NCBI GenBank assembly: GCA_026770705.1
Contig: JANJGN010000035.1
Coordinates: 12,958,001 to 13,022,000 of the forward strand
Direction: 5' to 3'
Length of the DNA: 64,000 nucleotides
Source of the DNA: Isurus oxyrinchus
Lineage: Eukaryota
The notes beneath the pieces were generated by a model. It saw only the letters and a program-made list of their open reading frames with translations. It did not search any database and was not told where the DNA came from. The translations under genes and the position numbers were made by a program. Below are positions 41,101 to 52,897 of this stretch, in pieces (position 1 is the first letter of the stretch; each line of letters opens with the position of its first letter).

Positions 41101-44100
41101 GTCCAAATTTGAGTGTGTAATTTTACTCTACAGATGCATGCGTGTCTTTCTCCTGCTCTGACCTGCTTCGGTGAGCTCCCCTTTTCAGATTTGTACGTGT
41201 ATTGACCCAGCCAAGTCTGCGTTTTTTCCTGTGCAGATTTGACTGTGTCCTTCCTGTGTCCATTCGTGAGTGGCCCAGTTACCAGTGCAGATTTAAGTGT
41301 GTTTGTTCCTTGCCCAGTGGTGAGTGGCTCAGTTTCCTGTCCATATTTAAATGTGTCTTTACCTTTCCCCGTGGTGAGTTTGTCATTTCGCTGTTCAGAT
41401 TGCATGTGTCTTTAGCCTGTCTGGTTATGAGTGTGCCAGCTCCCTGTCCAGATATGAGTGTCTACTTTCCCTGCTCAAGTGTGAATGCGTCTTTTCCTTT
41501 TCCAGATGTGCGCATCTTCCCCCTGTCATGTTTTGAGTGGTCAGTTCCCTATCCAGATGTGAGTGTGTCTTAACTCTGCCCATATGTGAGTGGGTCAGTT
41601 CCCTGTCCAGATTTCAGTGTTGTCTTTACCCTGACCAGTTGTGAGTGACTCAGTTCATGCCTGGATTTGAGTGTTTCATCACCTTGCCTGGTTGTGAGTG
41701 AGTCAGTTCCCTTTCCAGATTTGAGTATGCCTTTACACTGTTCAGTTTTGTATGGGTCAGTTCCCTGTCCAGATATGAATGTGCCTTTACCCTGTCCAGA
41801 TGTGTGCAGACATTACCTCTGTCTAGATTTGTGTGTGCCTTTACCCTGTCCAGTTGTGAGTGTGTCAGACACCTGTCCAGAGTTGAGAGTGCTAACTGGC
41901 TGTCCAGTTGTGGTCACGTCAACTCCCTGTGCAGGCTTGTGTGTGTATTTTCTCTGTCCAGATCTGATTGGGTATGTTACCTGTCCGGGTTGGTGTGTAT
42001 ATTGATCCTGTCAATTATGAATGCTCCAGTTCCCTGTCCAGATGTGAGTGTGTCTTTACCCTGCCCAGTTGTGAGTGTCCAGCATCCAGTCCAGACTTGA
42101 AAGCATCTTTACCCTATCCACATGTGAACAGGTCAGTTCCCTGTCCAAATGTGAAAGTGCCTTATCTTTCTCCTGTTGTGACTGGGTATGTTACTTGTTC
42201 AGATATGACTCTGCGTTTACCCTTTCTAGTTTTGTGACTATGTTTTCACTGTCTAGATTTGCATGCATCATTCCCTTGTCCAGCTGTGTGTGGGTCAGCT
42301 CCATATCCAGGTTTGAGTGTGACATTACCCTGTCCAATAGTGAGTGCATCAGTTCTTTGTACAGATTGGAGTTTGTCTTTACACTGTCCGGTTCTGAGTG
42401 CTCGAGTTCACTGCCCAGGTTTGAGTGTGCATGACCCAGGCCAGCTGTGAATGATGCAGTTCCCTCTCTTGATTTGAGTTTTTCGCTCCCATGCCTATTT
42501 TGAGTATCTAGTACCCAGAAAAGTCTTGAGTCTGTCTTTACCCTCCCCGACTGTGAGTAGGTAATTTTCCTTCCAGATTTGAACAGGTCTTTAACCTGCC
42601 CAGTTGTGAATGGGTCAGTTTCCTGTTCCAATCTGAGTGTGTATTTACCCTGCTCAGTTGTGAGACGGTCTAGCCCTTGTAGAGATTTGATGTGTCGTTA
42701 CCCAGCCCAGAGTTGAGGGCATCAGTTCCCTGTACAGATGTGAGTGGATTAGTTACCTGTCTAGGTTTGCATGTGTCATCCCCTGTCCAGTTCTGAGTGC
42801 TCCAGTCCCCTGTCCAGATTTGAGTGTGGCTCTCATATTTCCTCTAAAGTGAGTGGATTAGTTGCCTATTCAGATCTGAGTGTGCCTTTACCCTGCCCAG
42901 ATGTTTGAATGTATTTTTCCTGTCCAGGTTTGATTATGTCTTTCCAATGACCAGAGGTGTGTGGATCAGCTCCATGTCCAGGTGCGATTGTGTCTTTTCC
43001 CTGCCCAGATGTGAACGAGTGCGTTAGCAGTCCCCTATCCAGTCATGTGTTCTCTAGGTCCCTGTCCAGTTTTGAATGTGTCTTTACCCTTTCCAGTAGT
43101 GAGTGGGTCAGTTCCCTGTCCAGTTCTCTATGTGTCTTTACCCTGTCCAGTAGTGAGTGGATCAAGCCCTTGCGCAGATTTAAGTTTGTCTTTCTCCTAG
43201 TTAGTTGTGAGTACTCGAGTTCCCTGTCCAGGTTTACGGGCACATTACCCTGTCCAGTTGTGAATGATCCAGATTCCTATTTTGATTTGAGTATGTCACC
43301 CCCCATGTCTATTTGTGAGCTTATGTCTTTCACTTGACCAGAGGTGTGTGGGTCAGTTCCATGACCCTCTACAAGGGCCAGACATGATTTGAGCGTGTCT
43401 TCACCCTATCCAAATGTGAGTGGGTTAGTTCTCTGTCTAGGTTTGAGTGGATTTTTAACCTGCCCAGTGAGGAATGTGTCAGCTCCCTTTACCAATTTGA
43501 ATGTGTGTGTAGCCAGTCCACTTGTGTGTATGTCTGGTCCTTGTAGAGATTTGATGTGTATTTTCCCCTGTCCAGTTGTGAGAGGGTCAGTTTTCTGTCC
43601 AGTTGTGAGAGGGTCATAATGTTGTCTGGTTGTGAGTCGGTCACTTCCCTATCCAGACTTGAGTGTGCCTTTATCTTGTCCAGATGTGTGTAGGTATTAT
43701 CGCTGTTCAGATTTTTGCCTGCTTTTACCCTATCCAGGAGTGTGTGGGTCAGTTATCTGTTCAGATTTGTACGTGCCTTTCTCCGGTCGAGTTGTGAATG
43801 CTCCGGTTCCCTGTCCTGATTTGAGTGTGTCTCTCCCCTGTCCAGCTTTTAGTGCCCAGTACCGGTGCAGACTAGAGTGTGTAATTAACCTATGAAAATG
43901 CACAGTTCCCTGCCCAGATTTCAGTGTGCCATTAATTTGCCCTCTTGTGATCAGGTTAGCCACCTGTTCAGATAAGAGTTTGTACTTACCCTGTCCAGCT
44001 GTGTGAAGGTACTTTCCCTCTCCAGATTTCAGTGTGTGTCTTTCCCTTGTCCGGGTGTGTGTGGGTGAAATCCATGTCCAGACTTGAGGGTGTCTTCACC

Positions 44101-47100
44101 TGGCCCAGTTGTGAATGGATCAGATCCTTGTCCAATATGAGCGTGCTTTTACCCTGGGCAAGTGTGAAGGGATAGTCCCTGTCCAGAATTGAGTGTGTCT
44201 TTACTCTGTCCAGTTATGTTGTCCAGATGTGACTTTCCACTGCTCTACCTGAATGAATCAGTTCCCTGTCCATGTTGGGTTGTGTCTTTAACCTATACAA
44301 ACGTGAATGGATCAGTTCCCTGTCCAGATTTGAATGTGCCTTTCATTTGTCCTCTTGTGAGTGTGTTAGTCACTTCTCCAGTTGTGTGCTTACCCTGCCC
44401 ACCCTTGTCCAGACTTGACTGTTTCTTTCCTGTGTGTCTGGGTGTGTGTGGGTCAAATCTATGTGCAGATTTGAGTGTGCCTTTCCCCTATCCAATTGTG
44501 AATGATCCCATTCCTGTCTTGATTTGAGTGTGTGTCTCCCATGTCTCATTGTGAGTATCCAGTACCTGGTCCAGGCTTCATTCTATGTTTACCATACCCA
44601 ACTGTGAGTGAGTTAGGACCCTGTCCAGAGTTGAGTGGATCTTTAACCTGCCCATGTATGAATGCATCAGTCTCCTGTTCTGATTTGAATGCATACTTAC
44701 CCAGTCCAGTTATGCGTGTGTCTGATGCTTATAGAGATTTAATGTGTCTTTTTTGATGTGTCCAGTTGTGAGTGCTCCAATTCCCTGTCCAATTTGACTA
44801 TGTCTTTCCCCTATCCAGTTGTGAGTGGGTCAGTTCCCTGTCCAGATTTGAGTGTCTTTCCCCTGTCCGGTTATGTGTAGGTATATTCCCTGCCCAGATG
44901 TATGTAGGTATATTCCCTGTCCAGGTGTGTGTGCTATTACCCTGCCCAGTTATGAGTATCCAGTACTCAGTCCAGACTTAAGTGTGTCTTTATCCTGCCC
45001 AGATGTGAGTGGGTTGGTTCCCTGTCCGGATTTGTGTTCCTTTACCTTGTCCAGTTGTGAGCACGTCCGCTCCCTGTCAGGAATTGAGTGCATAGTTTCC
45101 TTGCCCAGATTTGAAAGATTCAGTTCCTTGTCTTAATATGAGTGTGTCTTTCCTCCCTTGTGTTGTGAATATCCAGTACCTGCTCCAAACTTGAATGTGC
45201 CCTTACCCTGTCCAAACATGTGGGTCAATGTCCTGGTCAGATTTATATGTGTGCTTACCTTGCCCTGCTTTGAGTGGTTATTTCCCTGTCCAGATGTGTG
45301 TGTCTTTACCCTGTCCAGTTGTGAATGCTCCAGTTTCCTGCCCAGGTTTGAATGTGTTTTATCCTGACCGGTTGTGAATGTGTCAGGTCCTTGTGCAGAT
45401 TTGTGTGTCTTTTTCTAGTCCTGGTGTGAGTGGATTAGTTCCCTTTCCACAGTTCACTGCAAGTTTTGCCAGTCTTATTTTGAGTGGATTAGTTTCCTGT
45501 CCAGGTTCGAATGCGACTTTATCTCAGACAGCTGTGAGTTTGCTGCCTGATTATAGTGTCATTCCTAAATCCTGATCTATGTGTGTCAGTTCCCTGTCCA
45601 GATTTGGGTGTGCCATTAACCTGTCCAGGCGAGAGTATTCCCGTTCCTGTCCAGAATTGAGTGTTTCCTTATTTTCCAAAGATATGAGTGTATAATTTAG
45701 ATGTTGAGATGTGTGTTTGTCTTTCCCCTGCCCTCTTTTGAATGGATCAGTTCCCTGTCCAGATATGAGTGTGTCTTTCCCCTGTCCGTTAGTGAGTGGG
45801 TCAGTTCCCTGTCCAGATATGAGTGTGTCTTTCCCCTATCCGTTAGTGAGTGGGTCAGTTCCCTGTCCAGGTATGCATGTGTTTTTACACTGTTCAGAAT
45901 TGAATGTGTAATTTTACTCTACAAATGTATGTGTGAGTTCCCCCTGCTCCAATCTGTCCCCTGTCCAGATTTTAAGGTGAATTTAGCCAGCCAAGTCTGT
46001 ATTTGTCCTGCCTAGCTTTGAGTGTGCCTTTACCCTGTCCAGCTGTGCGAAGCTTTTTTCGCTGCCCAGATTTGATTATGTCTTTCCCCTGTCTGGGTGT
46101 GTGTGAGTCAGCTCCATGTCCAGATTTGAGGGTGTTTTTTTACCTTCCTCAGTGTGAGTGGGTCTGTCACTGTTCTCTATCCAGCTGTGTGTGCTCCAGG
46201 TCCCTGTCCTGATTTGAGTGCGTGTTTACCCTATCCAGTAGTGAGTGGGTCAGTCCCCTGCCTAGATTTGGGTTTGTCTTTCTCTTGGCCAGCTGTGAGT
46301 GCTCGTGTTCACTGTCCAGGTTTCTGCGTGTATTACACTGTCCAGTTGTGAATGATCCAGTTCCCAACCTTGATCTGAATGTGTAGCTCCCAAACCGAGT
46401 TGTAAAGTAGCCAAGACTTGGGTGTGACTTTACCCTATTCCAATGTGAGTGGGTTAGATCCCTGGCCAGTGATGAATGAGTCAGTTTCCCGTTCCGATTT
46501 GAATGTTTATTTATCCAACCTATACAAATGTGAATGAATCAGTTCCTTGTGCAGGTTTGAGTGTGTCTCTCATTTGCCCTCTTGTGAGTGTGTAGTCACC
46601 TGTCCAGATATGAATGTTCATTTACTCTATCCAGTGTGTGAAGATATTTTCCCTGTCCAGATTTGACTGTGCTTTTGCCCTGTCTGGGTGCGTATGTTAG
46701 TCAACTCCATGTCCAGGTTTGAGTGTGTCTTCACCATGCCCAGTTGTGAATGGGTCAGTTCCCAGTCCAGACTTGAGTGTGCCTTAAATTTTTCCTCTTT
46801 TGGGTGGGTTAGTTACTAGCTCACTTATGACTGTGTATTCCATCCTTTCCAATTTTGTGAAGGCATTTCACTGCCCAGGTTTGAAGTTGCCTTTCCCCTG
46901 TCCAGTTGTGCATGGGTCAGCTCCATGTCCAAATTTCAGTATGTGTTCTCCCTGCCAAGATGTTAGGTGCCCCCTGTCCAGTTGTGTGTGCTCCAGGTCA
47001 CTGTTCTGATTTGAGTGTGTCTTTACCCTGTCCAGTCGTGAGTGGGTCAGGTCCTTGTGCAGATTTGAGTTTGTCTTTCTCCTGGCCAGCTGTGAATGCT

Positions 47101-49564
47101 CGTGTTCCCTGTCTGGGTTTACATGTGCATTATCCTGTCCAGTTGTGAATGATCCAGTTCCCGACCTTAATTTGTGTGTGTTGCTCCCATGTCTATTTGT
47201 GCGTGTCCAGTAACCAGGCAAGATTTAAGTGTGACTTTCCCCTGCCCCAATGTGAGTGGGCTAGAACCCTGCCCAGGTTTGAGTGGGTCTTTAATAAGCC
47301 CAGTTGTGAATGTGTCAGTTCCCTCTTCCAATTTGAATGTGTATTTATCCAGCCCAGTTGTGTGTGTGCCTGGTCCTTGTAGAGATTTGATGTATCTTTC
47401 CTCGGTCCAGTTAATAGTGGGTAAGTTTGCAGTCCAGATCTGAGTGTGTCATTACATTGCCTTGTTGTGAGTCAGTCAGTTCCCTGTACGGGTTTGACTG
47501 TGCCTTTACTGTATCCAGATATATGTAGGTATTAACCCTGTCAAGATTTTTGTCTACCTTTATACCTGTCCAGTTGTGAGTGCATCAGTTCCCTGTCCAG
47601 ATTTGAGGGTGTCTATATCCTGTCCAGGTGCGTTTAGATATTATCCCTCTCAAGATTTGTGTATGTCTTTACCCAGTCCAGCTGTCAGTGGGCCAAGTCC
47701 CTGTCCAGATGTGTGTGCCCTTGTCTTGTCCAATTGTGAGCACGGCAGATTCCATGTCCAAATTTGAAGGTGTGTATTTTTCCAGTCCAATTGTAAATGC
47801 TCCAGTTCCCGGAGCAGATTTGAGTGTGCCTTTCCCCTGTCCAGTTGTAAGTGTCCAGCGTCTTTTGCAGAGTTGGGTGTGTCGTCGACCTGTGCAAATG
47901 TGAGTCAGTCAGTTCCCTGTGCAGATTTGAGTGTGCCATTCACTTGCCCTCTTGTGAGTGTGTTAGTCGCCTGTCCGGAAATGAGTTTGTACTCACTCTG
48001 TTCAGCTGCGTGAAGGTATTTTCCCCGCCACATTTCAGTGTGTCTTCCCCTGCCCGAGTGTGTGAGTGTGTGTATGTCAGATCCATGCTTAGATTTGTGT
48101 GTGTCTTTTCCCTATTCAGTTTTGACTGTATCCTTCCTCTGCCCTGTTGTGAGTGGGACAGTTCCCTGCCCAGATGTGAATGTGCCTTTACCTTGCCCAG
48201 TTGTGAGTGGGTCAGATCCCTGTCCAACATGAGTATGCCTTTATCCTGGCCTGATGTGAAGGTATTTTCCCTGTCCAGAATTGAATGTGTCTTTACTCTG
48301 TCCAGGTTCAATTGCATATTTATGTTGTCTGGATGTGTGTTTGCCTTTCCCTGCTCTCCTCTGAATGGATCATTTCCCTATTCGGATTTAAGTGTGCTTT
48401 TCATCTGTCCTCTTGTTGGTCACCTGTCCAGATATTAATGTACTCTGTCCTGCTGTGTGAAGATATTTTCCGTGCCCAGATTTGAATCCTTCTTTCCTGC
48501 GTCTGGATGTGGTGAAGTCAGCTCCAAGTGCAGATTTGAGCAAGCCTTTTACCTGCCCATGTGTGGGTGGGTAAGTCCCCTGTCCAGGTTTGAGTTTGTC
48601 CTTTGAGTTTGTCGAGTTGTTAGTGTTCAGTCAGAAGTGAGTGTGCCTTTACTTTGCCCATGTGTGAGTGGGTCAGTTCCCTTTCTGGATTTGAGTGTGT
48701 CCATCTGTGTCTGCGTTAATTCTCTGAACAGGTTTGAGTGCCTGTTTCATTTGTCCTCTTGTGAGTGTGTTAGTTACCTGTCCGAATATGACTATCCCTT
48801 TACCATTTCCCCCTGTGTGACGTTATTCTTCCTGCCCAGATTTGAGTTACCTTTCCCGTGTCCAGATGTGTGTGTGTGTGGGTCAGCTCCATGTCCAGAT
48901 TTGAGTGTGTCTTTTCCATATCTAGTTGTGAGTACTCAGTCCTTGATCCAGATTTGAGTGTGCCCTTCCCCTGTCCCATTGTAAGTGGGTCAGTTCCCTG
49001 TCTAGATATAAGCATGTCTTTTCCCTGCCCAGTTCTGAGCACTCCACGTCTCTCTCTTGTTTTTAGTGTGTGTTTGACCTGTGCAGTTTTCTAGTGCATA
49101 AGGCACCTGTTCAGATGTGAGTGTGTTTTTTCCCTGTACAGTTGTGAATGCCTGACTCTCTTTCCAGATTTGAGTGTGCCTATACTCTGTCCAAGTGTGT
49201 GCAGGTATTTTCCCTTTCCAGGACTGTGTTTGCAATTCCCCTAACTGATTGTGAATGCTCCAGTTCCCTGTCCAGGTTTGTGTGTGCTTTCTGCTGTCCA
49301 GTAGTGAATGTGTCAGTTCCTTGTGCAAGTTTATCCTCGTGCAGATTTGTATCTTTCCCCAGCCCTGTTGTGAGTGGGTCAGTTCGCTGTCTAGTTGTAG
49401 GTGTGTCTATACCTTGTCCAGATGTGTGCCTGTATATTCCCATTCCAAATTTGAGTGCAATTAACCTGCTTATTGTTAATGTTCCAGGTCCCTGTCCAGG
49501 TTTGAGTGTGTCTTTCTCCTGCCCAGTTGTGTGTTTCGTTAACCTGCTCATCTGAGAGTCTGTC

Positions 49565-49895
49565 AGTTCCCTATCCAGATACAAGTGTCCCTTTACTCCG
49601 TCATGTCGTGAGTGGGTCAGTTCCCTGCCCAGATATGAGTGTCCCTTTACCCTTTCCTGTTGTGAGTCTGTCAGTTTCCTGTCCAGGTATTAGTGTCCCT
49701 TTACCCTGTCCTGTTGTGAATGGGTCCGTTCTCTGTCCAGATACAAATATCCCTTTACCCTGTCCTGTTGTTAGTGGGTCAGTTCCTTGTCCAGACATGA
49801 GTGTCCCTTTACCATGTCCTGTTGTGTCTGGGTCAGTTCCCTGTCCAGATATGAGTATCCCTTTACCCCGTCCTGTTGTGAGTGGGCCAGGTCCC
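49565..49895 (+). repeat. Locally homogenised ~6x54-bp sub-array
   Basis: Private variant GT(G/A)TCCCTTTACCCTGTCCTGTTG (CCTG instead of CCAG, TCCCTTTA instead of TGTCTTTA) is repeated at a 54-nt period. Confidence 0.75.
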
Positions 49896-50600
49896 TGTTC
49901 AGATTGCCTTTCCCATGTCCGGTTGTGAGTGCATCAGGATCTTGTAAAGGTCACTGCCCAGATTTGAGCGTGTCTTTCCTATGTCCTGTAGTGATTGGCT
50001 CAGATCCCTGTCCAGATGTGAGTCTGTCTTTCCCCTGTCCTGATTCCCCTGTCCATGCCTGTACCCTGGCCAAAAGTGAATGCTCTAGTTCCTTATCCAG
50101 GTTTGAGGGTGTCTCTCCCATGTCCATTTGTGAGTGTCCAGTATGTGATCTAGACTTGAGTGTGTCTTTACTCCCTCTCAATGTGCGTGGGTCATTTCTC
50201 TGTCCAGATTTGAGTGGATGTTTAACCTTCCCAGATATGAACATCCGTGTTCTGATTTGAATATGTATTTACCCAGCCCAGTTGTGCATGTATTATGCCC
50301 TTGTAGAGATTTGATTGTGTCTTTACCCAGCCCAGCTGTGGACGATCATTTCCCTGTTCAGATTTGAGTGTGCATTTACCCTGTCCATTTGTAAATGCTC
50401 CAATCCCCTGTTTTGATTTGAGTGTGTTTTTCCCTGTCCAGTTGTGAGTGTGGCACTTACCTGTCCAGATTTGACTGTGCCATCCCCCTGTCCAGTTGTG
50501 AGTTGGTCAGTTTACTGTCCAGATTTGAGCTGGTCTTTACCCTGTCCAGTTATGAGAGAATATGCTGTCCAGAGTTTAGTGTTCCATTACCCTGTTCAGA

Positions 50601-51316
50601 TGTTACGACCAATACAGTTGGTAAAGCTGAGTTATTTAAAAATCCCAGAGGGAAACGTTAAACAACTGTCCTAACCTATAATTTTAAGTGGTATATTTGA
50701 GATGCAGCTCTAAATTCAGGAATCAGACCACCAGTTCTCGAGGTTTTACATTAAACTAAATGAATCATTTTATTAATTTACACAGATTAGAATATATATA
50801 CACATGGATACAAATTATTACTATCATGACTTTTAACAAATTCCTAAACTAATCTCCATTAAGGCAACAGCAACCCATAGACTTAACCAAAACACCAGGC
50901 AAAGCCTTTTCACCTGAATAAATTCTGAATGAGGTTCTTTTCACTTTGGTTCCTATGGAGACAGGTGGAGGCTTACAGCTACCTTTTGATCTCACATTGC
51001 CTCTGCTCTGCACACACAGCACTACTGAAATCATACCTAGCACTGCTCATTGATCGTAAATTCTCTTTGTATCACCAACCTCTGAACTAAACCTCTCTAA
51101 CAATAAAACCCCTTTCATAGTAACAATTTTATTAGTAATATAAACGTATTCCTTGGTATCTGCTAAATAGGCGTCAGTTACATATCAAAACTAGTATACA
51201 TCAAAACACCCAGACTAGCCGGCTTTAATTCAATTAAGATAGACCCACAGACTAAACCTCTAAAAGAAAAATATTTTCCAATAATAGTATATATATATAT
51301 TAATAGTTTCATGACA
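50601..51316 (-). mobile_element. Solo-LTR-like element (716 bp), probably from a Gypsy-type retrotransposon
   Basis: AT-rich non-satellite insert with TGTTACGA...TCATGACA termini (TG...CA, 6/8 inverted match). TTTATT at 50769-50774 gives AATAAA on the minus strand. No coding capacity and no clear TSD. Superfamily and strand are inferred. Confidence 0.7.
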
Positions 51317-51978
51317 GTAGGTATTATCCCTGTCATGATTTGTGTGTGTTATTACCCTGTACAGTTGTGAGACTGTCAGTTCCCTGCCCAGGTATGAGTC
51401 CTGTTCATTTGTCTTCTTATGATTGCGTTAGTCACCTTTCCAGATATGTGTGTATGCTTACCCTGTCCAGCTGTGTGAAGGTATTTTCCCTCTCCAGGTT
51501 TCAGTGTGTCTTTCCCCTGTCCAGGTGCTTGGGTCAAATCCATGTCCAGATTTCAGTGTGTTTAACCTTGCCCAGTTGTGAGTGGGTCAGACCCATGTCC
51601 AGTGTTGAGTGTGTCCTCCTTCTGTCCTGTGAGCGTGCCTTTACTCTGCCCAGATTTGATTGTGTAGTTATGCTGTCTTGATGAGTGTTTGACTTTCCCC
51701 TGCCCAGCTCCGAATGGGTCAGTTCCCTGTTCAGATTGGAGTGTGTCTTCAACCTGTACAAATGTGAATGGATCAGTTCGCTAACCAGATTTGAGTGTGT
51801 CTTTCAGTTATCCTCTTGTGAGTGTTAGTCACCTGTGCAAATATGAATGCCCGTCTATTTTGTCCTGCTGTGAGTATGACATCTCCCTGTCCAGATTTGA
51901 GTATGCATTTTCCCTGCCCTGATATGTGTTGGTCAGTCATCTGTCCAGATATTTGTGTGCATTTACCAGGTCCAGTTG

Positions 51979-52767
51979 TGTTATGGCACAGCAGATGGTA
52001 AATGTTGGCTTGTTCAATCCCAAAGGCAAACTTGAAACAACTGCTGCAACCTGTTTTGCAATTTATATATTTTTTGAAATACGTGCCTTGAATTCAGTAG
52101 TAATAAGACTACTAAATCTTATAGGTTTCACAAAACTTGTTTAAACGTATATTAATAAGAGAAATGACTTTAAATACATACATAGTTCTACAAATTGCTA
52201 CAATGAAAACTTCTAAATCCCCTACTTAATCTAACTCCATTACACTTTTGTTAAGGCAACAGTGAGACACAGAGATTTTAAAGGATCCAAGCAAATTAAA
52301 CGGTACCCTGAACAGTCAAATTCAAAATGAGTTCTCTTAACTTCAATCCCTGAAGGCACCAGTTTGGTACATACAAGGTGAAAGCATTTCACACTTGTTG
52401 AATCTTAGACTGCCTTCCCTTACACACAGCCTTCTCTCCTTTATACATATTTTCCCCTTTGAATGCAAATACCCATTGTTTCACTATGTCTTTGGGCTTT
52501 TACCTTCCCCATAATAAAAATCTCTCATAGCAATAAGTTTTACCAGTAACCTTCGGGGAAAAAATAATAAACACACCATTTCTAACTACTGGCTAGGTAT
52601 ACTACACTTTTGAATTCAAGCCACACTAGTTTGTTTAAGAATGCAAATTTCCCCTTTTACACTTCACGTTCTAAAACTTCCTCATGTTTACCTAATTAAA
52701 ATTTCAACCCTAACTTCTCTTCTTACATCAAAGCACCCAGACTATCTGCCCCTAATTCAATTATGTT

Positions 52768-52818
<51 letters not shown>

Positions 52819-52897
52819 CACAGACCCTGCATATAGACACAGACTCTATTTTACAATAAATTCCAATAGCGTTATGGACATTATTTTATCTTCCTGA
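51979..52897 (-). mobile_element. Second solo-LTR-like element, a diverged relative of 50601-51316
   Basis: Starts TGTTATGG. Colinear similarity to the first element: CAGATGGTAAA/CAGTTGGTAAA; AATCCCAAAGGCAAACTTGAAACAACTG/AATCCCAGAGGGAAACGTTAAACAACTG; TTAAGGCAACAG; CACCCAGACTA...TAATTCAATTA; ends TTCCTGA versus TTCATGACA. Confidence 0.68.
52769..52816. repeat. Compound (CT)n(CA)n microsatellite inside the LTR-like element
   Basis: CT run at 52769-52786 followed directly by a CA run at 52787-52816. Confidence 0.95.

Noticed and set aside
17322-47939. Minus-strand TGERH peptides resembling the C2H2 zinc-finger linker TGE(K/R)P
   Set aside because: There is no CxxC...HxxxH pattern and no 84-bp period, and that frame is full of stops.
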